A stretch of DNA of 64,000 nucleotides from Gammaproteobacteria bacterium (GTDB lineage Bacteria > Pseudomonadota > Gammaproteobacteria > JAURND01): positions 897,118 to 961,117 of the forward strand of contig JASGJS010000001.1 in the NCBI GenBank assembly GCA_047601185.1, given 5' to 3'. Below, piece after piece: positions 1 to 10,402 of the stretch. How positions within the stretch are numbered: position 1 is the stretch's first letter; every line of letters begins with the position of its first letter. A program made the translations under genes and the position numbers. The notes under the pieces are model-generated. The model did no database searches and had not been told where the DNA came from. It saw only the letters and a list, made by a program, of their open reading frames with translations.

Positions 1-321
1 ATTAGTGGCGGTGCATTGACCATCCCTTACCTGATTTACTTCAAATTGCCGATTCGTCAAGCGATGGGAGCGTCGACCGCGTGTGGTGTGATGATTGCTT
101 TAGTGGGTACAATTAGTTTTATCCTATCGGGTTGGAGTGAAGGGCAGGCGATTCCTTGGTGCAGTGGGTTTGTGTATTGGCCAGCGGCTTTGTTGATTGC
201 TGCTGCCAGCCCGTGGTTTGCCACCCTAGGGGCATCATTGTCGCATCGCTTACCCGTCAATGCTCTGCGTAAGATATTTGCAGGGTTTTTGTGCTTAGTG
301 GGTTTGAATATGTTGTTGTAA
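1..321 (+). CDS. C-terminal fragment of TauE/SafE-family (DUF81) membrane transporter; 5' end outside window
   Basis: ORF 16..321 is all hydrophobic helices with the 'G..L..G..F...P' spacing typical of TauE/SafE. There is no upstream start, so the gene probably begins before the window. Confidence 0.4.
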   Translation: MSGGALTIPYLIYFKLPIRQAMGASTACGVMIALVGTISFILSGWSEGQAIPWCSGFVYWPAALLIAAASPWFATLGASLSHRLPVNALRKIFAGFLCLVGLNMLL

Positions 322-360
322 TACGATAGCAACCATTAAATAGGCTAAATATCTGAAAAG

Positions 361-605
361 CGAGACGACCTTAGAGCCTAATGTGCTACACAACCGGCAG
401 CCATGAAGGGGGAGAGTACTTAAAGACACGCCGTGAATACGTCCCTGTAGGCTTCGCTTTTTCATCCATGAAAAAGAGAGTCTTTAAGTACTCTCCCCCT
501 TCATGGCTGCCTTGCTTGAGTGCTAAATAGGACGATTTTAGATGACCAAACTTCAGCCCTATCAAGGTTTAGGTTCTAAGGTCTCGTGCCAAATCGTACT
601 TAGAG
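361..605. repeat. Family F3 hairpin element, copy A. Conserved flanks 'GACCTTAGAGCC' and 'GGTCTCGTGCCAAAT', a 32-bp perfect stem (396-427 / 480-511), and the core 'ACGCCGTGAATACGTCCCTGTAGGCTTC' plus a small hairpin 'CTTTTTCATCCATGAAAAAG'.
   Basis: Direct reading: stem arms are exact reverse complements. The same architecture recurs at 18934, 25133 and 39718 with different but self-complementary stems. Confidence 0.75.
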
Positions 606-630
606 GATTCATTTTCTTTTAGGAAAAAAT

Positions 631-1437
631 ATGCTGACTTACCCCAATATTAACCCTGTGGCCTTTCAGTTAGGCCCTATTACTGTGCATTGGTATGGCT
701 TGATGTATTTGCTGGGTTTTGCTTCTGCTTGGTTATTAGCCAATTATCGGGCCAGACGACCGCAAAGTGGCTGGACTACCGATCAAGTCAGTGACCTGAT
801 TTTTTATTGTGCCGTGGGCGTGTTATTAGGAGGGCGGATAGGATATATGGTGTTTTACGACGCGCCTGCCTTGATCGCGAATCCCTTAAATTTATTTAAA
901 GTTTGGCAAGGGGGTATGTCGTTTCATGGAGGGTTGCTAGGTGTCATCTTCAGCGTTTGGTTGTTTGCGCGCAAAACCCGCAAAGGTTTTTTTGTGGTGG
1001 GGGATTTTTTGGCACCTTTAGTGCCCTTGGGATTAGCCGCTGGTCGAATGGGCAATTTTATCAATGCCGAATTATGGGGGCGCGCCACCACCATGCCTTG
1101 GGGTCTCGTTTATCCTAAAGTCGATGCACTGCCTCGCCATCCTTCCGTCCTGTATGAATTTTTATTCGAAGGGATCGTATTATTCCTAGTCGTATGGATT
1201 TATTCTGCTAAGCCTAGGCCTGTCAAAGCGGTCTCGGGTTTATTTTTATTAGGCTATGGCAGTTTCCGGTTTTTGATTGAATTTTTCCGTCAACCAGATA
1301 ATCAATTGGGATTTGTGGCTTTTCATTGGTTGACGATGGGGCAATTGCTGTCCATCCCTATGATTATTTTTGGCGCAGCATTGATGATGATGGCTTATAA
1401 ATGCTGGAATGGCTGTGAGCTATCAGGAAACACTTAA
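631..1437 (+). CDS. lgt: prolipoprotein diacylglyceryl transferase
   Basis: 268 aa. N-terminus '[26 protein letters not shown]' and a 'GGRIGY' segment are typical of Lgt. The gene lies beside thyA, as in many gammaproteobacteria. Confidence 0.9.
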   Translation: MLTYPNINPVAFQLGPITVHWYGLMYLLGFASAWLLANYRARRPQSGWTTDQVSDLIFYCAVGVLLGGRIGYMVFYDAPALIANPLNLFKVWQGGMSFHGGLLGVIFSVWLFARKTRKGFFVVGDFLAPLVPLGLAAGRMGNFINAELWGRATTMPWGLVYPKVDALPRHPSVLYEFLFEGIVLFLVVWIYSAKPRPVKAVSGLFLLGYGSFRFLIEFFRQPDNQLGFVAFHWLTMGQLLSIPMIIFGAALMMMAYKCWNGCELSGNT

Positions 1438-1444
1438 AATTTTT

Positions 1445-1594
1445 GGTGTGGTGCCTTCTCCCCTTTTTTTGTGGGAGAAGGTGCCGATAGGCGGATGAGG
1501 GGGACTTACAAGTTCTTTTTGAAAGATTTTTTAACCCCCTCATCCGGCCTATTCGGCCACCTTCCCACCAGGGGAGAAGGGAACCACCTCAAAC
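1445..1594. repeat. Family F2 (REP/BIME-like) inverted pair: unit 1445-1503 and unit 1535-1594
   Basis: Each unit is 'GGTGCCTTCTCCC..GGGAGAAGGTGCCGATAGGCGGATGAGGGGG' (it contains its own 9-bp stem). The two units are inverted relative to each other, between lgt and thyA. Confidence 0.8.
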
Positions 1595-1651
1595 TTTTGC
1601 AGGATTTCGATCTCTGTACTTGAATGGTTACGATTATTTTTAGGACATCCC

Positions 1652-2443
1652 ATGAAAACCTATTTAGACTTTCTCCGCACCATCAAAGACCACGGTGTCC
1701 AAAAAAACGACCGAACCGGCGTCGGCACGCTCAGTCTATTTGGGTATGAAATGCGCTTTCCTTTAAGTGAAGGATTTCCCTTAGTCACCACCAAAAAACT
1801 CCATCTGAAAAGTGTGATTCATGAGTTGCTCTGGTTTCTCCAAGGCGACACCAACATCAACTATTTAAATGAAAATAAAGTGACGATTTGGGATGAATGG
1901 GCGGATGATCAGGGTAATCTCGGGCCAATTTACGGTAAACAATGGCGAGCTTGGCATACGCCGCAAGGTGAGATCGATCAGCTGCAGCGGTTAATCCATG
2001 ACATTAAAACCAATCCTGATTCGCGGCGCTTAATTGTCTCTGCGTGGAATGTCGGCGAATTAGATCAAATGGCGCTCCCGCCTTGCCATTTATTATTCCA
2101 ATTTTATGTGGCGAATGGCACTTTATCGTGTAAATTAACCCAGCGCTCTGCGGACGCATTTCTGGGGGTGCCGTTCAATATCGCTTCGTATGCCTTATTA
2201 ACCACCATGATTGCCGATCAATGCCAGTTATTACCCGGCGATTTTATTTGGTCCGGGGGCGATTGTCATATTTATCTCAATCATTTGGAGCAGGTCGAAG
2301 AGCAATTACAACGCACGCCACTGCCATTGCCACAATTAAAAATTTTGCGTCGGCCGCCTTCATTATTTGAGTATCAGTATGAGGACTTCCTCATCGAAAA
2401 TTATCAAGCCCACCCCAGTATCCGAGCGCCCATTGCCGTCTAA
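1652..2443 (+). CDS. thyA: thymidylate synthase
   Basis: 263 aa. '[16 protein letters not shown]', '[12 protein letters not shown]' and '[12 protein letters not shown]' are ThyA active-site motifs. Confidence 0.93.
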   Translation: MKTYLDFLRTIKDHGVQKNDRTGVGTLSLFGYEMRFPLSEGFPLVTTKKLHLKSVIHELLWFLQGDTNINYLNENKVTIWDEWADDQGNLGPIYGKQWRAWHTPQGEIDQLQRLIHDIKTNPDSRRLIVSAWNVGELDQMALPPCHLLFQFYVANGTLSCKLTQRSADAFLGVPFNIASYALLTTMIADQCQLLPGDFIWSGGDCHIYLNHLEQVEEQLQRTPLPLPQLKILRRPPSLFEYQYEDFLIENYQAHPSIRAPIAV

Positions 2444-3227
2444 TCTTGTTGCAGTCACGTGTTCTGTTGCAGAAGAAAATTTACAGCAAGCGGCGCGGCA
2501 ATTAGCTGAACGTTTAAAGTTACCGTATTGCACTCAACTTTCAGAAGATTACCGCTATTTTTTGACGGTAACCCCTGACAAATTAATTTTGCAAATGCCA
2601 ACCAGTGCGCATAAACCGGTATGTGTGGATTTTTTAAGTGCGCCCTTACAACACAGGCTGCGGTTTGGCGGCGGAGAGCTCATTGCTAAAGCGGTGGGAG
2701 TCAAGCCTCAGCATAAACTGTCTGTGTTAGATCTCACAGCAGGATTTGGCACTGATGGTTTTATTCTGGCGCAATTGGGCTGTCAAGTACAATGGGTAGA
2801 GCGCTCTCCTTTGATTGCGGCGTTGTTAGAAGATGGATTGCGGCGATTACACCAAGTGAATCCTTCACTCTCTCTTCAATTAATTGTAGACGATGCGCAA
2901 ATCTATTTATCGCAACTTCCTGGAACTCAGCGGCCCGATGTGATTTATTTAGATCCCATGTTTCCTGAACGTAAAAAAACCGCGCTGAATAAATTATCCA
3001 TGCGTATCTTGCAGGATTTAGTGGGTGAAGATACAGATGCGGCGCAGCTTTTGCCACTGGCTTTGCGCTGTGCTAAATCTCGCGTTGTAGTCAAACGCCC
3101 TAAACTGGCTGAACCACTAAATCACCAACAGCCGGATTTGGTGTTGAGTGGAAAAAGTGGGCGATTTGATGTGTATTTAGCGGGCAAGCTGCCCGCGCTC
3201 CCAGACTCCAGCCACGATCGTGCATAA
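2367..3227 (+). CDS. rsmJ: 16S rRNA (guanine1516-N2)-methyltransferase RsmJ; start uncertain
   Basis: '[38 protein letters not shown]' matches RsmJ (YhiQ). The ORF as drawn overlaps the thyA 3' end by 77 nt in another frame. Homology begins about 30 aa into the ORF (near 2450), where no canonical start codon is present. Confidence 0.75.
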   Translation: MSISMRTSSSKIIKPTPVSERPLPSNLVAVTCSVAEENLQQAARQLAERLKLPYCTQLSEDYRYFLTVTPDKLILQMPTSAHKPVCVDFLSAPLQHRLRFGGGELIAKAVGVKPQHKLSVLDLTAGFGTDGFILAQLGCQVQWVERSPLIAALLEDGLRRLHQVNPSLSLQLIVDDAQIYLSQLPGTQRPDVIYLDPMFPERKKTALNKLSMRILQDLVGEDTDAAQLLPLALRCAKSRVVVKRPKLAEPLNHQQPDLVLSGKSGRFDVYLAGKLPALPDSSHDRA

Positions 3228-3277
3228 AGCATGTTCAAGCTAAGTTAAGGTAGAAGCTTTGAAAAGATGAGAAAAAC

Positions 3278-3475
3278 GTATCCATTCAGCACAACCTAAG
3301 GGAAGCTTGAGCTCATGTAAGGCAGGAGGCGTCGTCCCGGCATGGATGCCGGGATCCAGTTTACAAGGATGTAAAGTTTTGCTTCCTGCAGACTGGATCC
3401 CCGCATCCTGCGAGGACGACGCCTCCTGCCTATATTTTAAGTTCAAGCTTCCCTTAGAGTGTGCTGAATGGATAC
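3278..3475. repeat. roughly 200-bp imperfect palindrome (arms 3278-3360 / 3392-3475, about 85% identical as reverse complements) with a 31-bp spacer
   Basis: Left arm 'GTATCCATTCAGCAC..GGCAGGAGGCGTCGTCC..GGATCCAGT' is the reverse complement of the right arm 'ACTGGATCC..GGACGACGCCTCCTGCC..GTGCTGAATGGATAC'. It produces two mirror-image artefact ORFs. Confidence 0.8.
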
Positions 3476-3499
3476 AGAAAAACTTTTAAGATGAATGAA

Positions 3500-3552
3500 C
3501 CACCAAACTCAGAAATGGCTGGAGCCTCTGGGAGCGCGGGCTGCTAGCCCGC
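3500..3552. repeat. Family F1 solo right end (TIR 'TGGGAGCGCGGGCTGCTAGCCCGCT' plus about 25 bp of internal sequence)
   Basis: It matches F1 right termini (e.g. 10757-10781) but has no left partner. It lies directly beside the big palindrome. Confidence 0.6.
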
Positions 3553-3562
3553 TAAATTTACA

Positions 3563-4102
3563 TTGGAAATGACTATTATGATTATCTTAGACCGAGACGG
3601 CGTCATCAACGAAGACTCCCCTCACTTCATTAAAAACCCCGCCGAATGGCATCCCATCCCCGGGAGTTTAGAAGCCATCGCCGCTTTAAACCGCGCCGGC
3701 CATCAAGTGGTGGTGGCGACCAATCAATCTGGCATTGGTAGAGGGCTTTTCACGGAAGCGGATTTACAGCAAATCCATGACAAAATGCAACGTGCTTTAG
3801 CGGAAGTGGGCGGACATTTGGATGGCATTTTTTATTGCCCCCATCATCCTGACGCAGGGTGTGATTGTCGCAAACCTAAACCAGGTTTACTACACCAAAT
3901 CGTCGCGCAATTTAATATCGATTTACGTCAAGCTGTATTAATTGGCGATGATGAGCGCGATATTGTATGCGCTCAAGCGGTCGAGTGTCCCGCAATTTTG
4001 GTCACAACGGGTAAAGGAAAAAATCATGTGGAGAAAGCCGCAAGTTGGAATCATGTAAGAGTGTTTAAAAATTTAGCGGAGGCTGCGCATGAATTCATCT
4101 AA
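3563..4102 (+). CDS. gmhB: D,D-heptose 1,7-bisphosphate phosphatase (HAD, histidinol-phosphatase-like)
   Basis: 'ILDRDGVIN', 'VATNQSGIGRG', 'CDCRKPKPG' and 'LIGDDERD' are GmhB/HAD motifs. The true start may be the Met at about 3575 ('MIILDRDG'). Confidence 0.8.
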   Translation: MEMTIMIILDRDGVINEDSPHFIKNPAEWHPIPGSLEAIAALNRAGHQVVVATNQSGIGRGLFTEADLQQIHDKMQRALAEVGGHLDGIFYCPHHPDAGCDCRKPKPGLLHQIVAQFNIDLRQAVLIGDDERDIVCAQAVECPAILVTTGKGKNHVEKAASWNHVRVFKNLAEAAHEFI

Positions 4103-4116
4103 CTTGTTGTTTTTTA

Positions 4117-4249
4117 AGCGGGCTAGCAGCCCGCGCTCCCAGAATCTAGCCACTTTTTGGATTTGAGTCTTCTTCATCTTAAAGTCTTTCTCATCTTTAG
4201 CTATCATTTGAATGAAGCTCGAGTCTGGGAGCGCGGGCAGCTTGCCCGC
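4117..4249. repeat. Family F1 MITE-like element (TIRs 4117-4142 and 4225-4249)
   Basis: Left TIR 'AGCGGGCTAGCAGCCCGCGCTCCCAG' and right TIR 'CTGGGAGCGCGGGCAGCTTGCCCGC' are inverted copies. The stop codon of the downstream convergent gene is 2 bp away. Confidence 0.8.
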
Positions 4250-4250
4250 A

Positions 4251-5219
4251 TTAAATCTTTACCTCATTGGTTACAATAACCTTCAAAGCCTTTCGTTCCT
4301 CTGCTTTTTTAAAAGCCTCTAACCCCTGCGCTAAAGGATAGTGCGCTTGAACTAAAGGAGACACCTGAATCAATTTATCCGCCAGCAATTGTAAAGCCGG
4401 TTTAAAGGGGCCGCATCTTGAGCCAATGAGTTGAATTTCATTGACGACAATTTGTGCCGCATCGATGGTCAATGGTGCAGCGTATGTACTTTTTAAAACA
4501 ATGCGGCCGCGGGGTTTGACGCTACGCAATGCCAATTGAGCCCCTTCAGGATTACCGGTGCATTCCACGACAACATCAAAATACGCGGATCGAGCGGATG
4601 CCGCGTTAAATAGTTCGCCCGCAATACCCCACGTTGATAATAAATCAATTTTTTCCGGATTGCGGTCCATCACCAGCAATTCACAGCCGCGCAATTTTAA
4701 TGTTTGAGCAATTAATAATCCGAGCTTGCCAGCGCCCAGGACTAAAATTTTATCGTTAGGCTTGATGGATAATTGTTGTTGAATTTCTAAAGCGGCTGCT
4801 AGGGGCTCAGTAAAAATCGCTTCGTCATTGGAAACGGTGTCAGGCACACAGTGTAAATTTTCAGGGGGTAATACTAAATATTCGGCGAAGGCGCCGTGAT
4901 GATTAACGATGCCTAATACGGTGCGATTGGGACAATGGTTATGACAATGGCGTTGACACCATTCACATTGCCCACAGCCGACGTTGATTTCCCCCACCAC
5001 TCTTTTGTGTAACAGATGAGCGGGCCCTTGTTCCACAATCCCCACAAACTCATGACCTAAAATCCCTTGATAAGGATAATAGCCTTTGACCAATTCTAAA
5101 TCGGTATTGCAGATGCCGGCGTGTAAGACTTTGACTAAAGCTTCTCCTGAACTAGGTTTAGGAATGGCTAAGTCATGGCGTAAACTTAATGTTTGGTTCT
5201 CTAACCAGATCCCTTGCAT
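4251..5219 (-). CDS. Zn-dependent alcohol dehydrogenase (MDR superfamily)
   Basis: 'GICNTDLELVKG', 'GHEFVGIV' and a structural-zinc Cys cluster 'CGQCEWCQRHCHNHC' are present, with a Rossmann 'LVLGAGKLG'. The start is set at Met 5219, which has an upstream 'GGAG'. The ORF extends further to 5252. Confidence 0.8.
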   Translation of the reverse strand: MQGIWLENQTLSLRHDLAIPKPSSGEALVKVLHAGICNTDLELVKGYYPYQGILGHEFVGIVEQGPAHLLHKRVVGEINVGCGQCEWCQRHCHNHCPNRTVLGIVNHHGAFAEYLVLPPENLHCVPDTVSNDEAIFTEPLAAALEIQQQLSIKPNDKILVLGAGKLGLLIAQTLKLRGCELLVMDRNPEKIDLLSTWGIAGELFNAASARSAYFDVVVECTGNPEGAQLALRSVKPRGRIVLKSTYAAPLTIDAAQIVVNEIQLIGSRCGPFKPALQLLADKLIQVSPLVQAHYPLAQGLEAFKKAEERKALKVIVTNEVKI

Positions 5220-5239
5220 GTTAACTCCTGAATAAGAAA

Positions 5240-5563
5240 TTATTGAGCACACGCCTCACGCATCAATTTTTTGAACAAGTCGAATTCGATAGAGCAATCT
5301 GGTTGAATATGCGCAGTATAAGTCACCTGCTGGCAAACATTGTCTTTGGTGACTTGGATCGTATAAGTGTAAGGAGATTGTGAAGTGGTGTTAAGTTTGA
5401 GTTGTGTGATCTGATCACTCGAAGCAAAATCTTTTTCAGCTTGTTTGAGAACAGCAGAGGCAGTTTCAACCGAAGCTGCTATAGGCGTCATTTTGCAGGC
5501 GAAAGCGATATTCGGTAGGTTTAATGTGAAAAAGATTAAAAAAGTCGTCAACATTTTATGCAT
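5240..5563 (-). CDS. hypothetical secreted protein (signal peptide, 4 Cys)
   Basis: 107 aa. N-terminus 'MHKMLTTFLIFFTLNLPNIAFA' resembles a signal peptide. No recognisable family. Confidence 0.4.
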   Translation of the reverse strand: MHKMLTTFLIFFTLNLPNIAFACKMTPIAASVETASAVLKQAEKDFASSDQITQLKLNTTSQSPYTYTIQVTKDNVCQQVTYTAHIQPDCSIEFDLFKKLMREACAQ

Positions 5564-5567
5564 AGGT

Positions 5568-6203
5568 TTAACCCATCAAAGTTTGAATATCATGGCTAAT
5601 CTTATTCGCATCATGCGGTAAGGTAAAGACCCCGGCAAATTGTCCTTGTGGATTCACGATTAAAATCGTGCCACTGTGATCTATCGTATAATCGCCATCT
5701 GCCTGCGCGGATTTGACCTTCATATACAACACACTAAAACTTTCTGTTAATTGAGACAGGGTTTGTGCTGAACCCGTTGCCCCCAAAAAAGCAGGGTTAA
5801 AGCTATGCACATAATCGCGAATGCGCGCTAAGCTGTCAGACTCAGGATCCACCGAAATAAACACCATTTGTGGCACAACCGTTTGATGCGCTGCCGCTAA
5901 ATTTTTGTACGCCTGTTTTAAAACCGCTAGAGTCGTTGGGCATAATTCTGGACAACGGGTAAAGCCAAAAAACAGCAAACTCCAATGTCCCTTTAAATTA
6001 TTCAAAGTCAAGGGTTGGTTATTGCTGTCAATGAGTTGAAAATCTGGAACACGACGCGGTTGCGGAAAAATCGTCGCACTTTCAAAAGAAGGTTTGGATG
6101 AAAGGTGGGTATTGTGATGCGTCCACACGCCCCATCCGATCGCTAATAAAGCGACCGCAATCAATAGAAAAATAATCTGTTTCGTTTTTAAAGCAGCTGC
6201 CAT
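5568..6203 (-). CDS. SCO1/SenC-family copper chaperone (thioredoxin fold, 'CPELC' motif)
   Basis: N-terminal TM segment, 'FGFTRCPELCPTTL' CxxxC motif and a conserved downstream His. It lies beside ctaB/ctaA. Confidence 0.75.
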   Translation of the reverse strand: MAAALKTKQIIFLLIAVALLAIGWGVWTHHNTHLSSKPSFESATIFPQPRRVPDFQLIDSNNQPLTLNNLKGHWSLLFFGFTRCPELCPTTLAVLKQAYKNLAAAHQTVVPQMVFISVDPESDSLARIRDYVHSFNPAFLGATGSAQTLSQLTESFSVLYMKVKSAQADGDYTIDHSGTILIVNPQGQFAGVFTLPHDANKISHDIQTLMG

Positions 6204-7180
6204 TATATGAGTTCCTCTTTTTTAATATAGCGGGGCCTGCGCTTCGTTTCATGATAAATTTTCCCAATATATTCGCCCAGCACACCAATGCAAAAAATTT
6301 GTACGCCACCCAATAAGTAGATGGGTACTGTAATAGAAGCCCAGCCTGGCACAACACCACTCCCAAAAATCTTATCTAAAATTACATAGCCTAAGCACAA
6401 TAAACTGAATAAAAATAATAAACAGCCAATCACTGTCACAAATCGTAATGGCGCAATGCTAAAAGCGCTAATTCCATTCCAAGCAAAGCTTAGCATTTTC
6501 CTCAGAGGATATTTTGTCGTGCCCGCAAAACGGGGGTGTTGATCGTAATAGACGGTGGTGGTTTTAAATCCCAACTCTAAACACAGCGCGCGCAAAAATA
6601 AATTGGTTTCAGGATAGTCGGCTAAAGTTTGTAAGATTTGTTGGCTCATCAGTCGATAGTCAGGATGATCCGGAATGATCTTAACCCCACACCAGCGCAT
6701 CACGCGATAAAAAGCACTGGAGAACGAACGTTTAAACCAGCTTTCAGAGCGGCGATGACGGCGAATACCCAACACAATATCGTAGCCTTCGCGATAACGC
6801 TCAATAAACTGCGGAATAGCTTGCACATCTTGTTGCAAATCGGCATCGATGGAAAGGGCACAATCCACTTGATCTTTATTCGAGAGGAGCCCCGCCAATA
6901 ATGCCGATTGATGGCCGAAATTGCGGGAGAGGCGCAGGCCTTTGATTTGTGGATTCTGAAGGTGGTGCTGCTGAATAATTTGCCAGGTCGCATCTTGGCT
7001 GCCATCATCAACAAAATATAAAAAACTGTCGGAGCTAATAGCCTGTTGCTGAATTAAAGTTTGTAGTACGGCATGGAGTTGACGAATAGTTTCACCGACC
7101 ACCAATTCTTCTTGGTAACACGGCACAATAATCGCTAATTTAGGGGGAAGGCGAGAAAGGTTCATACGATCAGCAACCAA
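6203..7180 (-). CDS. family-2 glycosyltransferase with C-terminal TM helices (polyprenol-phosphate sugar transferase-like)
   Basis: '[16 protein letters not shown]' is a GT2 signature with a DxD-type region. Two C-terminal hydrophobic helices match the ArnC/DPM1-like architecture. Confidence 0.65.
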   Translation of the reverse strand: MVADRMNLSRLPPKLAIIVPCYQEELVVGETIRQLHAVLQTLIQQQAISSDSFLYFVDDGSQDATWQIIQQHHLQNPQIKGLRLSRNFGHQSALLAGLLSNKDQVDCALSIDADLQQDVQAIPQFIERYREGYDIVLGIRRHRRSESWFKRSFSSAFYRVMRWCGVKIIPDHPDYRLMSQQILQTLADYPETNLFLRALCLELGFKTTTVYYDQHPRFAGTTKYPLRKMLSFAWNGISAFSIAPLRFVTVIGCLLFLFSLLCLGYVILDKIFGSGVVPGWASITVPIYLLGGVQIFCIGVLGEYIGKIYHETKRRPRYIKKEELI

Positions 7181-8055
7181 TAATGATCGACCAGCAACAA
7201 TAAGAACAATAATAACAAATAGAGGATGGAAAAACGAAAGGTTTGTATGGCTAAGATCGGATTATCGTGTTTTTTGAGTTGAATGGCCAAATACAAAAAG
7301 CGGCTGCCCAAAATCAGTGCGCCGATCAAGTATAAAATACCGCTCATGCCGACCACAAAGGGTAGCGTGGAAGCTGCGAGTAACAGGCAGGTATACAATA
7401 CAATATTCAATTTGGTAAAAGCCACCCCGTGGGTCACCGGCAGCATCGGAATATCGGCTTTTTGGTATTCTTTCAATCGATAAATGGCCAGTGCCCAGAA
7501 ATGCGGGGGGGTCCAGGTAAAAATAATCAGGACCAACAGTAATCCACCATAATCTAAATGATTGGTGACGGCGGTCCAGCCGAGCAAAGGAGGCGCGGCG
7601 CCAGCCAATCCGCCAATCACGATATTTTGTGCGGTGGTGCGTTTTAAAAATAAGGTATAGATGAGGGCATATCCCACGAAACTTAATAGGGTGAGCAATG
7701 CGGTGAGCGCATTGACTAAAAACACCAGAATCGCTAAGCCTGCGATGGCTAAGACTACAGAAAAGATGAATGCGGTGAGTGGTGAGACTTTCCCGCTGGG
7801 TAGGGGACGTTTCTGGGTGCGGTGCATCACGGCATCGATATGTCTATCCGCTAAATGGTTCATTACCGCACCGGCACAGGCTGTCAAGGCAATTCCTAAT
7901 GTCCCAAAAATGATCACAGACCAGGGGGGGAAGGTGGGCGTCGCCAATAGCATGCCGACCCAGGCAGTGATGAGCATTAAAGCTACCACTCGGGGTTTGC
8001 ATAACTCGTAGTAAGCCCGCCAGGCTGGGCGGGCAGGAAGTTGCATGTCGTTCAT
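7162..8055 (-). CDS. ctaB: protoheme IX farnesyltransferase (heme O synthase)
   Basis: UbiA-family polytopic protein, 297 aa. It sits immediately downstream of ctaA. Confidence 0.85.
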   Translation of the reverse strand: MNDMQLPARPAWRAYYELCKPRVVALMLITAWVGMLLATPTFPPWSVIIFGTLGIALTACAGAVMNHLADRHIDAVMHRTQKRPLPSGKVSPLTAFIFSVVLAIAGLAILVFLVNALTALLTLLSFVGYALIYTLFLKRTTAQNIVIGGLAGAAPPLLGWTAVTNHLDYGGLLLVLIIFTWTPPHFWALAIYRLKEYQKADIPMLPVTHGVAFTKLNIVLYTCLLLAASTLPFVVGMSGILYLIGALILGSRFLYLAIQLKKHDNPILAIQTFRFSILYLLLLFLLLLVDHYWLLIV

Positions 8056-8056
8056 A

Positions 8057-9088
8057 TTAAAATACGAGGCGTTTTACCGTTTTGCGATTCAGTTTATAGA
8101 GGAGCCCTGTCATGCTGAGCAGTAATAAGGCGGCTACGCCATTGTGTGCTACGGCAATGCCCCTCGGTAACAGCCAAACCACATTTAAAATCCCTAAAAT
8201 AAATTGGGTGAGGATCAGGATAAAAAGCACCCAGCCAATCCCGCGCAGTTTTTTATTGGCTTTCGAACTCATTAACGCAAGGGATAAGATCAGAACGAAC
8301 CCGGCGGTGATAAATCCCCAATAACGGTGCATCATTTGAATGGTGATGCGTGCGGTTGTGCTGAGTACGCCGCCTTCATAATTGACGCCCAACGGTTGCC
8401 ACAAGGTGAAGGCTTCGTGTAGATCTAAATGCGGGAATAGGGTGCCGTGACAGAGTGGAAAGCTGGTGCAGGCCAGTGCAGCGTAATTGGTGCTGGTCCA
8501 GGCGCCTAAAAATAATTGCACGATTACCACTAATAAGCCCAAGATGGCCCAAGGTTTAAATGACAGCGCTGGGGCAGTAGAAGGTTGATAGGGTCGCGTG
8601 GCGAGGGTCAAATACCACAACAAAGCGGCAATTGCCATGCCACCGAGCAAATGGGAGCTGACCACTAAAGGTTGAACTTTTAAAGTGACTGTCCACATCC
8701 CCAACAGCGCTTGGAAAATCACCAGTAAAATCAGTAAGGTGGGAATGAGGAGTGGTTGATTGGGGTAACGCATTCTTCTGACCAGACCCCAGATAAATAA
8801 AATGCCAATGAATACACCTAAAGTACCGGCAAAATAGCGATGCACCATTTCTTTCCAGGCTTTAGCGGGTTCAACGGGTTGTTGGAATTTTTGTTCGGCG
8901 GTCGAGATTGCGCCAGCGGTTTCAGGCACTGCAATATGACCATAGCAGCCTGGCCAGTCAGGGCAGCCTAAGCCGGCATCGCCTAGGCGGGTGTAGGCGC
9001 CTAGCATGACCACCACTAAAGCCAGTAGGGTCGCTAGCGCTGCTAACAAACAGTATCCAAAGGAATGAGGTCGCATAGTCTTATCCAA
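8057..9088 (-). CDS. ctaA: heme A synthase (COX15/CtaA)
   Basis: 'CPDWPGCYG' is the CtaA Cys motif. The protein is polytopic with conserved His residues. Confidence 0.85.
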   Translation of the reverse strand: MDKTMRPHSFGYCLLAALATLLALVVVMLGAYTRLGDAGLGCPDWPGCYGHIAVPETAGAISTAEQKFQQPVEPAKAWKEMVHRYFAGTLGVFIGILFIWGLVRRMRYPNQPLLIPTLLILLVIFQALLGMWTVTLKVQPLVVSSHLLGGMAIAALLWYLTLATRPYQPSTAPALSFKPWAILGLLVVIVQLFLGAWTSTNYAALACTSFPLCHGTLFPHLDLHEAFTLWQPLGVNYEGGVLSTTARITIQMMHRYWGFITAGFVLILSLALMSSKANKKLRGIGWVLFILILTQFILGILNVVWLLPRGIAVAHNGVAALLLLSMTGLLYKLNRKTVKRLVF

Positions 9089-9662
9089 TGTTCGAAATTT
9101 TTAATAAAAGGGTTAAATCTTTAAAAATCCCCATAGGGTTGGTCTGGGCAGGATACCGCATGAGTATATTGCCTTGAGGATCCACAAGATAAATATTCCC
9201 TGGCATAAATGCAACTTTTTCAAGGGAGGACCCCTTGACGAGGTTCTGAAATCGCTCGGTTGACGTAGTGAAATAATGCGTGCCGGGGAAGCGAGTTTGT
9301 ACAAGTGTGGCGAGGGGCTTGTTCTCAGTTGAAAAAGTTAACACGCCACGGGTGACGCGGTTGCTGTCTTTGCCGGTGGCAGTGCGGATTTGTTGCATCA
9401 GGTAAATTTGTTTTTCGCAGAAGCTGTCACAATGGGTGGGGATCACTAATAACAGCATCCATTGACCACGCCAGGTCGTAGTGGTGACGGGCTTCAGCTG
9501 ATTAAAATCTAAGGGCGGCGTGATTAATTGCCCGTGATTTTTAGTGCCCAATCCCATTTGCTCGTGGTTTTTACTTAAGAAATAGGCGGCGATGAGCGGA
9601 ATGACAAAAATTAAAATGAGTAGCCATATAGTCCAACGATTGTTCAAACGAAATTGTGTCAT
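9081..9662 (-). CDS. SCO1/SenC-like thioredoxin-fold membrane protein (second paralog, 'CDSFC')
   Basis: N-terminal TM segment and a 'THCDSFC' CxxxC motif. The C-terminal 'YLVDPQGNI' parallels 'LIVNPQGQF' in the SCO1 gene at 5568. Confidence 0.45.
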   Translation of the reverse strand: MTQFRLNNRWTIWLLILIFVIPLIAAYFLSKNHEQMGLGTKNHGQLITPPLDFNQLKPVTTTTWRGQWMLLLVIPTHCDSFCEKQIYLMQQIRTATGKDSNRVTRGVLTFSTENKPLATLVQTRFPGTHYFTTSTERFQNLVKGSSLEKVAFMPGNIYLVDPQGNILMRYPAQTNPMGIFKDLTLLLKISNIG

Positions 9663-10396
9663 GGATAGCTACCTGTCTTAGTTTTCTGAAAACTTAACAA
9701 AATAAAAATAATAATCATCACTGCCGCAAAAGTAAACCACTGCACAGCATAACCCGTGTGTTTTTCAGGGGGCGAGCTCACAGGATGCCAATCCCGAATC
9801 ATCCCTTGCGTCGGTCCTTGGGTTAACCAGATCATATAAGGTTCCACCGGCTGGTTCAATACCGTATGAATCGCGGCAGGATCAAAGCCTTCCAACCGCA
9901 TCGGCCAACTATTTTGCGCCACCGCATTCCCCAACATAAACGGTTTTTTGTCGGGCATAAAAACAATCCCTTGAATCGTTTGGCTATTATTCACAGGAAT
10001 GACGGGAAGTTGCTGGCGATCAGGGCTCGCGGGAATCCAGCCACGATTCACCAAAACGATTTTGTGGGGCGTAATGAAAGGGGTTAAGACTTCATAGCCC
10101 ACCTGATGATGATAAATGCGATTGTCTAATAAAAAAGTGTGGGGATTGTCATAATGGCCTTTTAGCAAGACAGGATAAAAACGTCGGTCAGATGATGGGG
10201 GTAATTGCTCTAAAGGCACAGGAGGGGCTTTAAGGCGATTTTGGTAAAGTGTCATCCAGGTGCGTTTTTGCTGCGCACGCGAAAGTTGCCAGCATCCCAA
10301 ATTGATAAATAAGGTGACCATTACCACTGTCAATAAAAAAAATGACCAGCGGGGTTTGAACTGGTAGGATTGGCCACGGAATTTCATTTGGAGCAA
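9659..10396 (-). CDS. SURF1-family cytochrome oxidase assembly protein
   Basis: N-terminal TM segment with 'GCWQLSRAQQK' and a C-terminal TM segment. Typical SURF1 architecture. Confidence 0.8.
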   Translation of the reverse strand: MLQMKFRGQSYQFKPRWSFFLLTVVMVTLFINLGCWQLSRAQQKRTWMTLYQNRLKAPPVPLEQLPPSSDRRFYPVLLKGHYDNPHTFLLDNRIYHHQVGYEVLTPFITPHKIVLVNRGWIPASPDRQQLPVIPVNNSQTIQGIVFMPDKKPFMLGNAVAQNSWPMRLEGFDPAAIHTVLNQPVEPYMIWLTQGPTQGMIRDWHPVSSPPEKHTGYAVQWFTFAAVMIIIFILLSFQKTKTGSYP

Positions 10397-10402
10397 GTCA
10401 CC

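Noticed and set aside
3240..3489. ORFs 3240..3446 (-) and 3307..3489 (+)
   Set aside because: They are mirror-image reading frames generated by the two arms of the 200-bp palindrome. They have no RBS and no homology.
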